Source of the DNA: Colwellia sp.
Lineage (GTDB): Bacteria; Pseudomonadota; Gammaproteobacteria; Enterobacterales; Alteromonadaceae
NCBI GenBank assembly: GCA_013215295.1
Contig: JABSOZ010000015.1
Span: 58,376 to 122,375 of the forward strand
Reading direction: 5' to 3'
DNA: 64,000 nt
Shown: piece after piece, positions 20,308-28,743 of the stretch
Position numbering within the stretch: the stretch's first letter is position 1
How the letters are laid out: each line of letters starts with the position of its first letter
Notes under the pieces: generated by a model
What the model saw: only the letters and a program-made list of their open reading frames with translations
What the model was told of the DNA's origin: nothing
The model's database searches: none
Program-made: the position numbers and the translations under genes

Positions 20308-20913
20308 ATGATGAATAAACCTTTTTCCCAAGCTTGTGAAAATAATAAACAACCCATTGTAGATATTTTGACAAGCGTATTTTCAGAAAATAAACATGTC
20401 TTAGAAATTGGCTCAGGTACAGGGCAACATGCTGTTTTCTTTGGTCAAAAATTACCTCACTTAACGTGGCAAACCAGTGATTTATCGATAAACCATCTAG
20501 GCATTAATTTGTGGTTAGACGAAACAGGTAGTGCCAATGTGCAAAGACCTATCGTTATAGATTTGGACAAAACTTGGTCGATGCCAAAAAGTAATATTCC
20601 CGTTGATGGGCTATATACCGCTAATACACTGCATATAATAAGTTGGCCGTTGGTGGTTAAGTTTTTCGAAAGTCTTAAGTCAAATTTAACATCCGATGCT
20701 AGCGTTTGCATATACGGTCCCTTCAATTATGAAGGAAAATTCAGCAGTGAAAGTAACGCCAATTTTGATCTATGGTTAAAAGAAAGAGATGTAAATAGTG
20801 GTATTCGAGATATTGAAGCAATTTTATTGTTAGCAAATTCAGCCGGCCTTACTTTAATTAACGATCATGTTATGCCTGCTAATAATCGCCTTTTGGTTTT
20901 TTCAAAATCATAG
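20308..20913 (+). CDS. DUF938 family class I SAM-dependent methyltransferase-like protein
   Basis: PFSQACENNKQPIVDIL...VLEIGSGTGQHAVFF...HLTWQTSD matches the DUF938 pattern. Confidence 0.75.
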   Translation: MMNKPFSQACENNKQPIVDILTSVFSENKHVLEIGSGTGQHAVFFGQKLPHLTWQTSDLSINHLGINLWLDETGSANVQRPIVIDLDKTWSMPKSNIPVDGLYTANTLHIISWPLVVKFFESLKSNLTSDASVCIYGPFNYEGKFSSESNANFDLWLKERDVNSGIRDIEAILLLANSAGLTLINDHVMPANNRLLVFSKS

Positions 20914-20977
20914 GGTCATTCATCATTTTGTTTGCTGATCATTACATACTTAAAAGGCCTTTTTGAATGGAACTGCA

Positions 20978-21397
20978 ATGACTCTAAATAAATACCATAC
21001 TTTGTTGGAAAGCCCTTCAGTTGAAGGGTTTATAGCATTGAGACATAAAATAGGCTGGGGAGAAACAGACGTTGAAATGGCTAAAAATAGTTTAGCTAAC
21101 TCATTATTTCATGTTGTCATTCTTGATCAATCTAACCTTATTGGCATGGGGCGAGTAGTGGGTGATGGCGCAATGTGTTTTTATGTTCAAGATGTAGTTG
21201 TTGACCCTGATTACCAAAAACAAGGTATTGGCCGTGCCTTGATGGCGGAAATTGAACGTTATTTATTAGTCGTTGCTAAAAAAGGTTCAACGATTGGGCT
21301 TCTAGCCGCTAAAGGCAAAGAAAGCTTCTATAGTCGATACGGCTACCTTGAAAGGCCCAGTGATTCATTAGGAAATGGAATGTGTAAATTCATATAG
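20978..21397 (+). CDS. GNAT family N-acetyltransferase
   Basis: VVVDPDYQKQGIGRALMAEIE is the acetyl-CoA binding Q/RxxGxG/A motif. 139 aa from the ATG at 20978. Confidence 0.8.
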   Translation: MTLNKYHTLLESPSVEGFIALRHKIGWGETDVEMAKNSLANSLFHVVILDQSNLIGMGRVVGDGAMCFYVQDVVVDPDYQKQGIGRALMAEIERYLLVVAKKGSTIGLLAAKGKESFYSRYGYLERPSDSLGNGMCKFI

Positions 21398-21851
21398 GAT
21401 CTCCTTGATAGTATTCAATATAATTTACTTACTTAAGCAGACTACTAAATTTTTATAGACTTTTATTGGGAAGTATCAGCTAGTTTATCTACATTTTTAA
21501 CCTAACTAAGGAAAAAGCAGTCTACTATTAGGCCAACAATTCTTAAGGGTAAGATAAATATCTAACACGCTAGCTTATTTCCTTTCGGGGCATAAATCTT
21601 AGTTTTTGAGCGATAATATATGAAGTTACTTCGAGTTATTCATGCTTACCACTGCTTACTTATGTCTATTTAAGTCACTACCTGATTGATTTTTAGTTAT
21701 TACTTCTTGAAATAGCCACTCTGAATAGTTTTTTTATACTATGCTTTTAAATATACAGATCTATGATGTCGGATTTGTATATTTACTTTAGTGTAATCGA
21801 ATTCATTTTGATGCCAGCCTTAGCATCAATAAATAATAGAGTAGAGAAAAT

Positions 21852-22736
21852 ATGATTAAAATAGTTTTATTTTGCATATTTGCTTCCTGTCTAGTTGGCT
21901 CACCATATGCGGACTCTATCGAAATAAAATACAACCAATTACGTAAAGGCTCGGCATTAGACCATTATGCTATCGATTTAATTAAGTTTCTTATTGAAGT
22001 TTCTGGCGAAAAAGCACGCTTTATTCCAATAGAGGACACAGGTTCGCAAACTAGACGGCAATTACTGATGCAAAGAGGCGTTTACGATGTCGATTGGTTT
22101 GGAGCAACAACAAATATCGAATCGTTCGTGGTTCCAATTCGATATCCTATTCTTAGAGGACTTTTAGGACATCGTGTTTTTATTACTAATAAAGAAACCC
22201 GTGCTTTACTCAATACGGACATGTCCTTTAATCAGCTCATAAAATTTAGCCTGATCCAAGGACAAGGATGGGGAGATGTCTTAATTTTAAAAAATGGCGG
22301 ATTTACAAAGGTGAAAACTATCGCAGATTTTAACGCTCTTTTTAAAATGATTGAAGTAAACCGATCATCTTTATTCCCTCGCTCAATTATTGAACCCTAT
22401 CAGGAATTAGGCGAGCGTTGTAGCTTGAATGAAAACCATGAGTGTACAGACAAAAATCTACTGATAGATGATAAATTGTTACTGATTTACAAACTCCCCA
22501 TGTTTATATTTGTTTCCCCTAAACGCCAAGATCTTATAAAAATTTTAAATTCGGCCTTTGAAAATCATTATGAAGAATTCCTTGTGTTTTTTAATAATCA
22601 TCCATTAATAAAAGAGGCACTAAAAAAGCTAAATAATCGTACCGTGTTTAAGATGCACGGAATTAATACGCTGAGTGATGAAACCCTTAACATACCGGAT
22701 AAGTATTGGATGGATACTTACACTAATCCGTTTTAA
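21852..22736 (+). CDS. Orphan periplasmic solute-binding-protein-like protein (family 3 SBP-like), paralogue 1
   Basis: Signal peptide present. No adjacent permease or ATPase genes. Similar architecture to 24719.., 44322.. and 61158... Confidence 0.6.
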   Translation: MIKIVLFCIFASCLVGSPYADSIEIKYNQLRKGSALDHYAIDLIKFLIEVSGEKARFIPIEDTGSQTRRQLLMQRGVYDVDWFGATTNIESFVVPIRYPILRGLLGHRVFITNKETRALLNTDMSFNQLIKFSLIQGQGWGDVLILKNGGFTKVKTIADFNALFKMIEVNRSSLFPRSIIEPYQELGERCSLNENHECTDKNLLIDDKLLLIYKLPMFIFVSPKRQDLIKILNSAFENHYEEFLVFFNNHPLIKEALKKLNNRTVFKMHGINTLSDETLNIPDKYWMDTYTNPF

Positions 22737-22822
22737 ATTTACAACATTTCTTTATTTTTAGGTTTTAGTTAAAAATAGTGAAATTACGTTGTCATAGCAT
22801 CTATTTATAAAAGTTAATTATC

Positions 22823-23060
22823 ATGCGTAAAATTAGAATGGGTATGGTTGGTGGTGGAAAAGGCGCTTTTATTGGGTGCTATTCATCGTATAGCAGCACA
22901 GTTAGATAATCAAATTGAGCTATTTTGTGGCGCGTTTAGTTCTGGTGCTGAAAATGCTATTTCATCAGGTAAATCACTATATTTAGACGAAGACAGTAAA
23001 CAAGCGGGTAAGTGGCGTTTTGGCTTATATGCCCAAGGGGAAATGTTACCTCGTTTTTAA
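22823..23060 (+). pseudogene. Remnant of a Gfo/Idh/MocA oxidoreductase gene (frameshifted and truncated)
   Basis: The ATG at 22823 gives MRKIRMGMVGGGKGAFIG. After a one-base shift in the GGG run at 22874-22876, the reading continues as AIHRIAAQLDNQIELFCGAFSSGAENAISSGKSLYLDEDS. Family similarity is then lost, with a stop at about 70 codons instead of about 350-380. Confidence 0.7.
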
Positions 23061-23240
23061 AATAAAATGCGTTACATCCAACATTAAAAGATAAATGGGG
23101 GAACCCTCAAATAGAGTTTGATGTGAGATTTTCACAAAACGAAAAGTTAATGATGGAGGATGCCGCTAAAGAATTAGCCGCTAAACGCATTTAGTCTTTA
23201 ATTAAAATCTACAATAGAATTCAACCGAATAAGAAGAAGA

Positions 23241-24131
23241 ATGAAACACTTAAAATTAATAACATGGGTAACTATAATGTGCATATCAAGTATGTCGTGT
23301 TCTAATAAAAACACCAGTACAAAGCTATACAAAAACCAGTCAATCCCTAAAGTTAGTGTGCAGTTATGGTCAGTGAAAGATGAACTTAAAAAGGACTTTA
23401 GAGGCACTTTAATGCAATTATCCGCGATGGGATTTGATGGTGTTGAATTTGCGGGGGATTTTGGACCTTACAAAGATGATGCCAAAGGACTTAAAAATTA
23501 CTTAGACGGTTTAGGATTAAAAGTCAGTGCGGCGCATACAAATTTTAGCGTCTATGAAAATGACGTTTTTGAACAAACAGTGGCTTACTATAAAGTGTTA
23601 GGACCTGATACTTTAATCATTCCGTGGGATGATAGAGCTTGGAATGCTGATGAAGTTGATAACTTTATCACTGACTTAAACGCACTATATTTTAAGCTAA
23701 AAGTGGCAGGTTTTCGTTTTGGCTTTCATAATCACGACCAAGAGTTTAATGTTTATAAGGGTTCAACATTTTGGGATCATATTGCTCAATCAACCCCTAA
23801 AGATTTTGTTTTACAAATGGATGTCGGTTGGGTCATGGTGGCGGAAAAAGATCCAGTAGAATATATCAATCGCTACCCTAAGCGAACATTGACCACACAT
23901 ATCAAAGCAAAATTACCAAAAGACATCGAAGCTAATATGGCAACTAATGGTAAACGTCAGATTATTGGGGATGACGTAACTGATTGGGATAGCGTTTTAA
24001 AAGCCGATATAATGGCTGGTGGAACAAAATGGTTTGTGATTGAACAAGAAGAATATCCTGATGGTTTATCACCATTAGAAGCCGTTAAACTGTCTAAGCA
24101 AGGTTTAGACAGGCTGATTAGCAACTTATAA
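23241..24131 (+). CDS. Sugar phosphate isomerase/epimerase (xylose isomerase-like TIM barrel), exported/lipoprotein form
   Basis: Signal/lipobox ISSMSCS. QLWSVKDELKKDFRGTLMQLSAMGFDGVEFAG...HNHDQEF...WFVIEQE is typical of the AP-endonuclease-2/XylA-like TIM family. Confidence 0.78.
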   Translation: MKHLKLITWVTIMCISSMSCSNKNTSTKLYKNQSIPKVSVQLWSVKDELKKDFRGTLMQLSAMGFDGVEFAGDFGPYKDDAKGLKNYLDGLGLKVSAAHTNFSVYENDVFEQTVAYYKVLGPDTLIIPWDDRAWNADEVDNFITDLNALYFKLKVAGFRFGFHNHDQEFNVYKGSTFWDHIAQSTPKDFVLQMDVGWVMVAEKDPVEYINRYPKRTLTTHIKAKLPKDIEANMATNGKRQIIGDDVTDWDSVLKADIMAGGTKWFVIEQEEYPDGLSPLEAVKLSKQGLDRLISNL

Positions 24132-24718
24132 TATGTAAACTAGGCCGGGAGACAACTTGACCTAGTTACCGTTTAGTTTAGCTCATTTATTTGAAGAATA
24201 AACGTTGAAGTCGGGTGATATATATTCGATTCGTTTTCAATAGACCCAGCAACAATATAGGGTCAATTTTTCGAACTCACTGCAAGCTATTCACGCAACA
24301 TAACATCCCTTACAAAATCCGGTATTTCATCACTTACGAAACCATGAAATAAGGGTTTATTGAAAATTAAGTACGATAATCCTTATCTGAGAATCACAGC
24401 AGTTTTCAGCTAAAAAACTAGGACTTTTCTGTCTACTGCTTTGAAGACAACTGAACCATTCTCTTAAGGTCAACAGATGGTTATTACAGACAACGTCTAA
24501 AAATATTTTACTTAGTCACTTTTTGAAAATTGGACAGTTAAGCCATATTTCATTTGTTAAAGGCTAGGTAAAATTTTGAAAATCTGAGATAAGCAAGAAC
24601 GAATATAAAAATTAATTTAATAAACAAAACGATAAAACTTTTACTGATATATTTCCTGAGTATTACTTTCCCTTCGCAAGCAATTGAAAGTGATGCTTTA
24701 CCGGAAAGCGATATAGCT

Positions 24719-25378
24719 ATGCTCACCGTTGGTCAAATGCCTTATGGATATACCTTAAATAATGGTGAATCAACCGGCGTGCTTTATGATATTTTGAATG
24801 AAATAATAATTTTATCAGGCATAAACTCCGAAAACGTCATCACGCCTGCCAAACGAATACATAATTTGATAAATTCAAATGCTAACATTTGCCTTCTTGC
24901 GGCAGATAGCCGGTTATTAAAGGCTAAACTGGATAACATAGAGCCTATTAATTATTTTCTTCAGGCTGGTATTTTACCTAAAAAGGACGTTGAACTTTCT
25001 GATTATTCAAGTTTGAAAGGTCTTACCATTGCTATACCCAAAGGTATTAATGTTGATGATAGATTTCATAATGATGCAGAATTGACAAAAGTATTTCCAT
25101 CTCAATATTTAAACGCAATAAAAATGCTTAAAATAAATAGAGTTGACGCCGTTGCCGGTGCTATTTCAACGCTAAAATTCATCGCTAAATTAGAAGGCAT
25201 GAAAGATAAAGAACTGGGAAAGCCTTTAGTATTTTCCCAATATAGTGTGAATTTATTTTGTTCGAATAATATTCTCAAAAAGACAAGAAAAAAGCTAAAA
25301 TCAGCAGTCATTACTTTAAAAAACAATGGAAGGATCACTGAAATCCTTAACCATTACTTCATTAATGACCATAGGTGA
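24719..25378 (+). CDS. Orphan SBP-like protein, paralogue 2 (N-terminus problematic)
   Basis: An SBP-like body follows the first ATG. A signal-peptide-like segment (IKINLINKTIKLLLIYFLSITFPSQA) is encoded in frame upstream from 24605, but has no ATG/GTG/TTG. Confidence 0.55.
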   Translation: MLTVGQMPYGYTLNNGESTGVLYDILNEIIILSGINSENVITPAKRIHNLINSNANICLLAADSRLLKAKLDNIEPINYFLQAGILPKKDVELSDYSSLKGLTIAIPKGINVDDRFHNDAELTKVFPSQYLNAIKMLKINRVDAVAGAISTLKFIAKLEGMKDKELGKPLVFSQYSVNLFCSNNILKKTRKKLKSAVITLKNNGRITEILNHYFINDHR

Positions 25379-25762
25379 TTGTTGAGTGCTTGTACTTTTT
25401 TGCGTATTAATAGGGTATAAACTTTAACGAAATTTATGTATCTCTCTTAAATACATAAATAAAAACACAAACCCTATCAACATGAAAGCGGCAAATAATT
25501 GACTTGTATAATCAATGATTTGGCTTACAAAATGGGGGCTACCGGCATTTAACTATATACTCTTTTTGAACAGCTTTGTTCCGTTGACGCTTGCATGAAT
25601 CGGGCTATTATCTATCCAAGTAGAGTGCTGCACTCAGGGGATATTAATCCGTTATTGGGTTTGTCTTCAGATCCTAAAGTAGGTAGGCTAACGATTGCTA
25701 GTTTCATCTTAGTAGAATAACGTAAAACGATTATTATATTGCGACATTATTTTAATACGGTG

Positions 25763-26311
25763 TTAGCTCTGCAGAGAAGCAAACTGCTGATACCACTCAA
25801 CTTCACTGATCAAGTCTTTCGTCGACTCTAATTGGTCGATAAACGTTAATCCGTTCAAGTGGTCTAATTCATGCTGGAAAATACGAGCAATAAATCCTGT
25901 TAATTCTTTTTGCTGCACATTCCCTTGTTGGTCAGAATAACGCACAGTGATTTGACGATTTCTTGGTACTAAACCACGCATGCTTGGTACGCTTAAACAG
26001 CCTTCCCAAGCTTTTTCTTTCTCATTTGAGTAATGTAATATTTCAGGATTAATGATAGCCGTTGGTGGCATTAATGGCGCATCTGGATAACGAGTATTAG
26101 GTTTAGAGCACATAATGAAAATTCGTACACTCTGATGAATTTGTGGCGCAGCTATGCCAACACCGCCAGCTTCGGATACTGCTAACATCATTTGGTTTAT
26201 TAATTGCTGACATTCATCACTGTGTATATCTTCAACTTCAAGGGCTCTTTGTCGTAAAATAGCATTGCCTAATTGAGCTATATCGTAGGTGTTTTCTTTA
26301 ACTTTGTTCAT
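25763..26311 (-). CDS. def: Peptide deformylase (stand-alone paralogue, no fmt next to it)
   Basis: GVGIAAPQI, EGCLSVP and QHELDHLNG are the three deformylase motifs. Confidence 0.9.
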   Translation of the reverse strand: MNKVKENTYDIAQLGNAILRQRALEVEDIHSDECQQLINQMMLAVSEAGGVGIAAPQIHQSVRIFIMCSKPNTRYPDAPLMPPTAIINPEILHYSNEKEKAWEGCLSVPSMRGLVPRNRQITVRYSDQQGNVQQKELTGFIARIFQHELDHLNGLTFIDQLESTKDLISEVEWYQQFASLQS

Positions 26312-26370
26312 TTAACATGACTCACTTAGCTTGGCTCATAGCGTTTTATTACTGTTTATAGAACTGTGTT

Positions 26371-26550
26371 TTAGTCTGGTGTTTTAATCGTGATTTCAAT
26401 GTTTTTATTATCACCTGCAAACCATTTTTGAACGTAAATTGACCCTAAAATTGGAGGCATACCGTTTTCAGGTATTTCCTTATAACGAATACTATTCTTA
26501 TTATGTTTTTCAAATTCGAATTTAATGACTTTCTCAGACAATTCATTCAC
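26371..26550 (-). CDS. Small hypothetical protein (59 codons, below the ORF-track cutoff)
   Basis: Open frame VNELSEKVIKFEFEKHNKNSIRYKEIPENGMPPILGSIYVQKWFAGDNKNIEITIKTPD. AAGGTG lies 6 nt upstream of an in-frame TTG (codon 4). The composition is protein-like. Confidence 0.35.
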   Translation of the reverse strand: MNELSEKVIKFEFEKHNKNSIRYKEIPENGMPPILGSIYVQKWFAGDNKNIEITIKTPD

Positions 26551-26816
26551 CTTGTTATATGTGCGAAACTACATTGTATAAGTGCTCTTAACTAAATTCT
26601 AGTGCTTAACGTATATTGTTAATGAGCATATCCATATCCAAGGTACGTAAGTTATATATAAACTAAGAAAGCGATATTTGCTAAAAACATCGCTTTGGCT
26701 ACAGTCGAGGACAAAGGGTAAGACTTCTTGTTTACACGCTCTAAATGATCATTTTATATAATAAAAAATTAGTAAAAATTAGTAAAAATTAACTAACTTA
26801 TAAATTGCTCAGCTAT

Positions 26817-27998
26817 TTACAATGATTGATGTGGACCAAAAACTTCATAATGAATATTAATTTCCGGAACATTTAGCGTGAGTAATTGTTGCTTAGCAAA
26901 TTGCATGAAACCTATGGGACCACATAGATAGAAGTCGCCATCGTCTATGGGGAGAGTGAGTTCAGTAAAGTCCATAAATCCATGATAAATATCTTGTTGA
27001 TGGCTTTCTTCATTTTGATACCAAATATGTTGTTGCCAGTCATTTTTCTTTATTATTTCAGCAGTACGCGGCGCAAAAGAGTGTTGTTCACTATTTTCAC
27101 AAGCATGAAGGTATTGAACTGTTTCTTTATAGTTTTGCTCTGCTAAGGTTTCTAACATCGCTTGCATAGGCGTAATGCCGACACCGGCTGAAATGAGTAC
27201 CACGGGTTTTTCACGATTAACAAAGAAAAAGTCCCCGGCCGGTGCATATAAGTTAACTTCATCACCAATGTTAATATCGTCATGTAAGTGATTTGATACC
27301 TTGCCTGGAATACCATTGGTTTCTCTCTTAACAGATATTCGATAAGTTTCTCCATTGGAGTGATCGGATAAAGAATACTGGCGAATTTCTTTATATTCAC
27401 CTGCGTTTGGCGTTACTTCGATACCTAAATATTGTCCTGGAGAGAAACCAAGAACGGCTTGTTTATCTACGGGTGAAAATATGAAACTTTTTACCAGTTC
27501 AGATTCAACAATTTTATCAATAACTTTGAATGCTCTCGCATTGCGCCACCCACCTTGAACTGAGGCTCTTTGCTGATAAAGTTCGGCTTCTCTGTTGATA
27601 AAAATTTGCGCTAAAAACTGATAAGCTTTAGTCCATGCCTCTTCTACGTCAGTATTAAAAGCTTCTTCTGCCAATTCACGAAGTGTTTCTATTAAGTGGT
27701 GACCTACAATTGCATAATGTTCAGATTGAATATTTAAGCTGGTATGTTTTTGTGCAATCCGTTCTACAGCACTTTGCAATACGGAGACATTTTCAATATT
27801 TTTTGCATAAGCGGCTATCGCTTCAAAAAGTGCTACTTGTTGTCTTCCGTTATTCTGGTTAGACATATTGAAAATATTTTTCAATTCAGGTTCATGTAAG
27901 AACAAACGGGAATAAAAGTGTTTAGTTAACGCTGGGCCGGTATTTTCTAGAAGAGGGATGGTGCTTTTTATTATCTGAATATGTTTTTCGGTTAACAT
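26817..27998 (-). CDS. hmp: Flavohaemoglobin / nitric oxide dioxygenase
   Basis: N-terminal globin domain (IIKSTIPLLENTGPALTKHFYSRLFLHEPELKNIF) is followed by an FAD/NAD-binding ferredoxin reductase domain (RQYSLS, GVGITPM). 393 aa. Confidence 0.93.
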   Translation of the reverse strand: MLTEKHIQIIKSTIPLLENTGPALTKHFYSRLFLHEPELKNIFNMSNQNNGRQQVALFEAIAAYAKNIENVSVLQSAVERIAQKHTSLNIQSEHYAIVGHHLIETLRELAEEAFNTDVEEAWTKAYQFLAQIFINREAELYQQRASVQGGWRNARAFKVIDKIVESELVKSFIFSPVDKQAVLGFSPGQYLGIEVTPNAGEYKEIRQYSLSDHSNGETYRISVKRETNGIPGKVSNHLHDDINIGDEVNLYAPAGDFFFVNREKPVVLISAGVGITPMQAMLETLAEQNYKETVQYLHACENSEQHSFAPRTAEIIKKNDWQQHIWYQNEESHQQDIYHGFMDFTELTLPIDDGDFYLCGPIGFMQFAKQQLLTLNVPEINIHYEVFGPHQSL

Positions 27999-28094
27999 TG
28001 TTTTTCCTAAAGTAAATTAAATAAATTTTATGGGTAATAAAAGACAAAGATTTTGTCTTGTTACGTTTGAATTTAATGAGTTGTAGCTAGCTTA

Positions 28095-28262
28095 TTATCT
28101 TGCCCAAATGACTATCGCAATGACTGACAAGGAAACGGACAAGAGAAAGCAGCTGGTAGAAGACAGATCAAAAATAAAGTGTTGGTCAAAGTGATTTAGT
28201 TGCGTTGGTGTTTGTCGTTCATGGTTTAATTGAAGCAGTTCAGAGTCTTGAATAATGATCAT
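28095..28262 (-). CDS. Small protein with C-terminal TM helix (55 aa), second gene of a two-ORF unit upstream of hmp
   Basis: The ATG at 28262 lies 1 nt after the TAA of the upstream ORF (TAA-G-ATG), suggesting translational coupling. Product: MIIIQDSELLQLNHERQTPTQLNHFDQHFIFDLSSTSCFLLSVSLSVIAIVIWAR. Confidence 0.4.
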   Translation of the reverse strand: MIIIQDSELLQLNHERQTPTQLNHFDQHFIFDLSSTSCFLLSVSLSVIAIVIWAR

Positions 28263-28263
28263 C

Positions 28264-28536
28264 TTAAAAATTCCTTTTACCAAAACCATGTAAAGCAATA
28301 CAACGCAGTACATAACCAATTTTCAAAAGAGCTGCGAAAATTATCGTGGCAATATGCGCAGAAATTTGTACTGCTATTGCGAACAACTCATCGACCGCAA
28401 AGTTAATCATAATGCTGGAGGTAACAACAAAGAGAGAGAAAATCATCAAGTAGTTACCGACAATTAAACACTTTTGATAATTCAAAGCATTGGGTATCGA
28501 AGGTAATGAATTAGCGATAGTAAATTGTGAATACAT
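28264..28536 (-). CDS. Small two-TM membrane protein (90 aa), first gene downstream of the sigma-54 promoter
   Basis: GGAG lies just upstream of the ATG. Two hydrophobic helices are predicted (LIVGNYLMIFSLFVVTSSIMINF; IAVQISAHIATIIFAALLKIGYVL). The start lies about 50 nt downstream of the predicted sigma-54 transcription start. Confidence 0.5.
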   Translation of the reverse strand: MYSQFTIANSLPSIPNALNYQKCLIVGNYLMIFSLFVVTSSIMINFAVDELFAIAVQISAHIATIIFAALLKIGYVLRCIALHGFGKRNF

Positions 28537-28599
28537 TCATGACTCCATAATATTATTGTTATTTCAGTGTGCGGTTATATCGTTGCATAACACAAATAT

Positions 28600-28615
28600 T
28601 GCAAAGTCAGTGCCA
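28600..28615 (-). promoter_or_regulatory. Sigma-54 (-24/-12) promoter
   Basis: The minus strand reads TGGCAC-TGACT-TTGCA, a perfect match to TGGCAC-N5-TTGCW. It points toward the small ORFs and hmp, and away from norR. Confidence 0.8.
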
Positions 28616-28668
28616 AAGTGTTTAGTTGTTAATATTCAGTTGGTTAGTTTGTGCTGTTTATATTTGGT

Positions 28669-28681
28669 AGTCACAATGACT
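28669..28681. promoter_or_regulatory. NorR-type upstream activator site 1
   Basis: Perfect palindrome AGTCA-CAA-TGACT containing the GT-N7-AC core described for NorR boxes. It lies about 60 bp upstream of the -24 element. Confidence 0.65.
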
Positions 28682-28693
28682 CGTTTTTTGTGT

Positions 28694-28706
28694 AGTCTTT
28701 ATGACT
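28694..28706. promoter_or_regulatory. NorR-type upstream activator site 2
   Basis: AGTC-TTTAT-GACT with a GT-N7-AC core. It is 25 bp from site 1, and both sites are followed by the same CTCGTT. Confidence 0.6.
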
Positions 28707-28743
28707 CGTTAGTGATATTGTGATGGTGATATAGGGGATAAAT

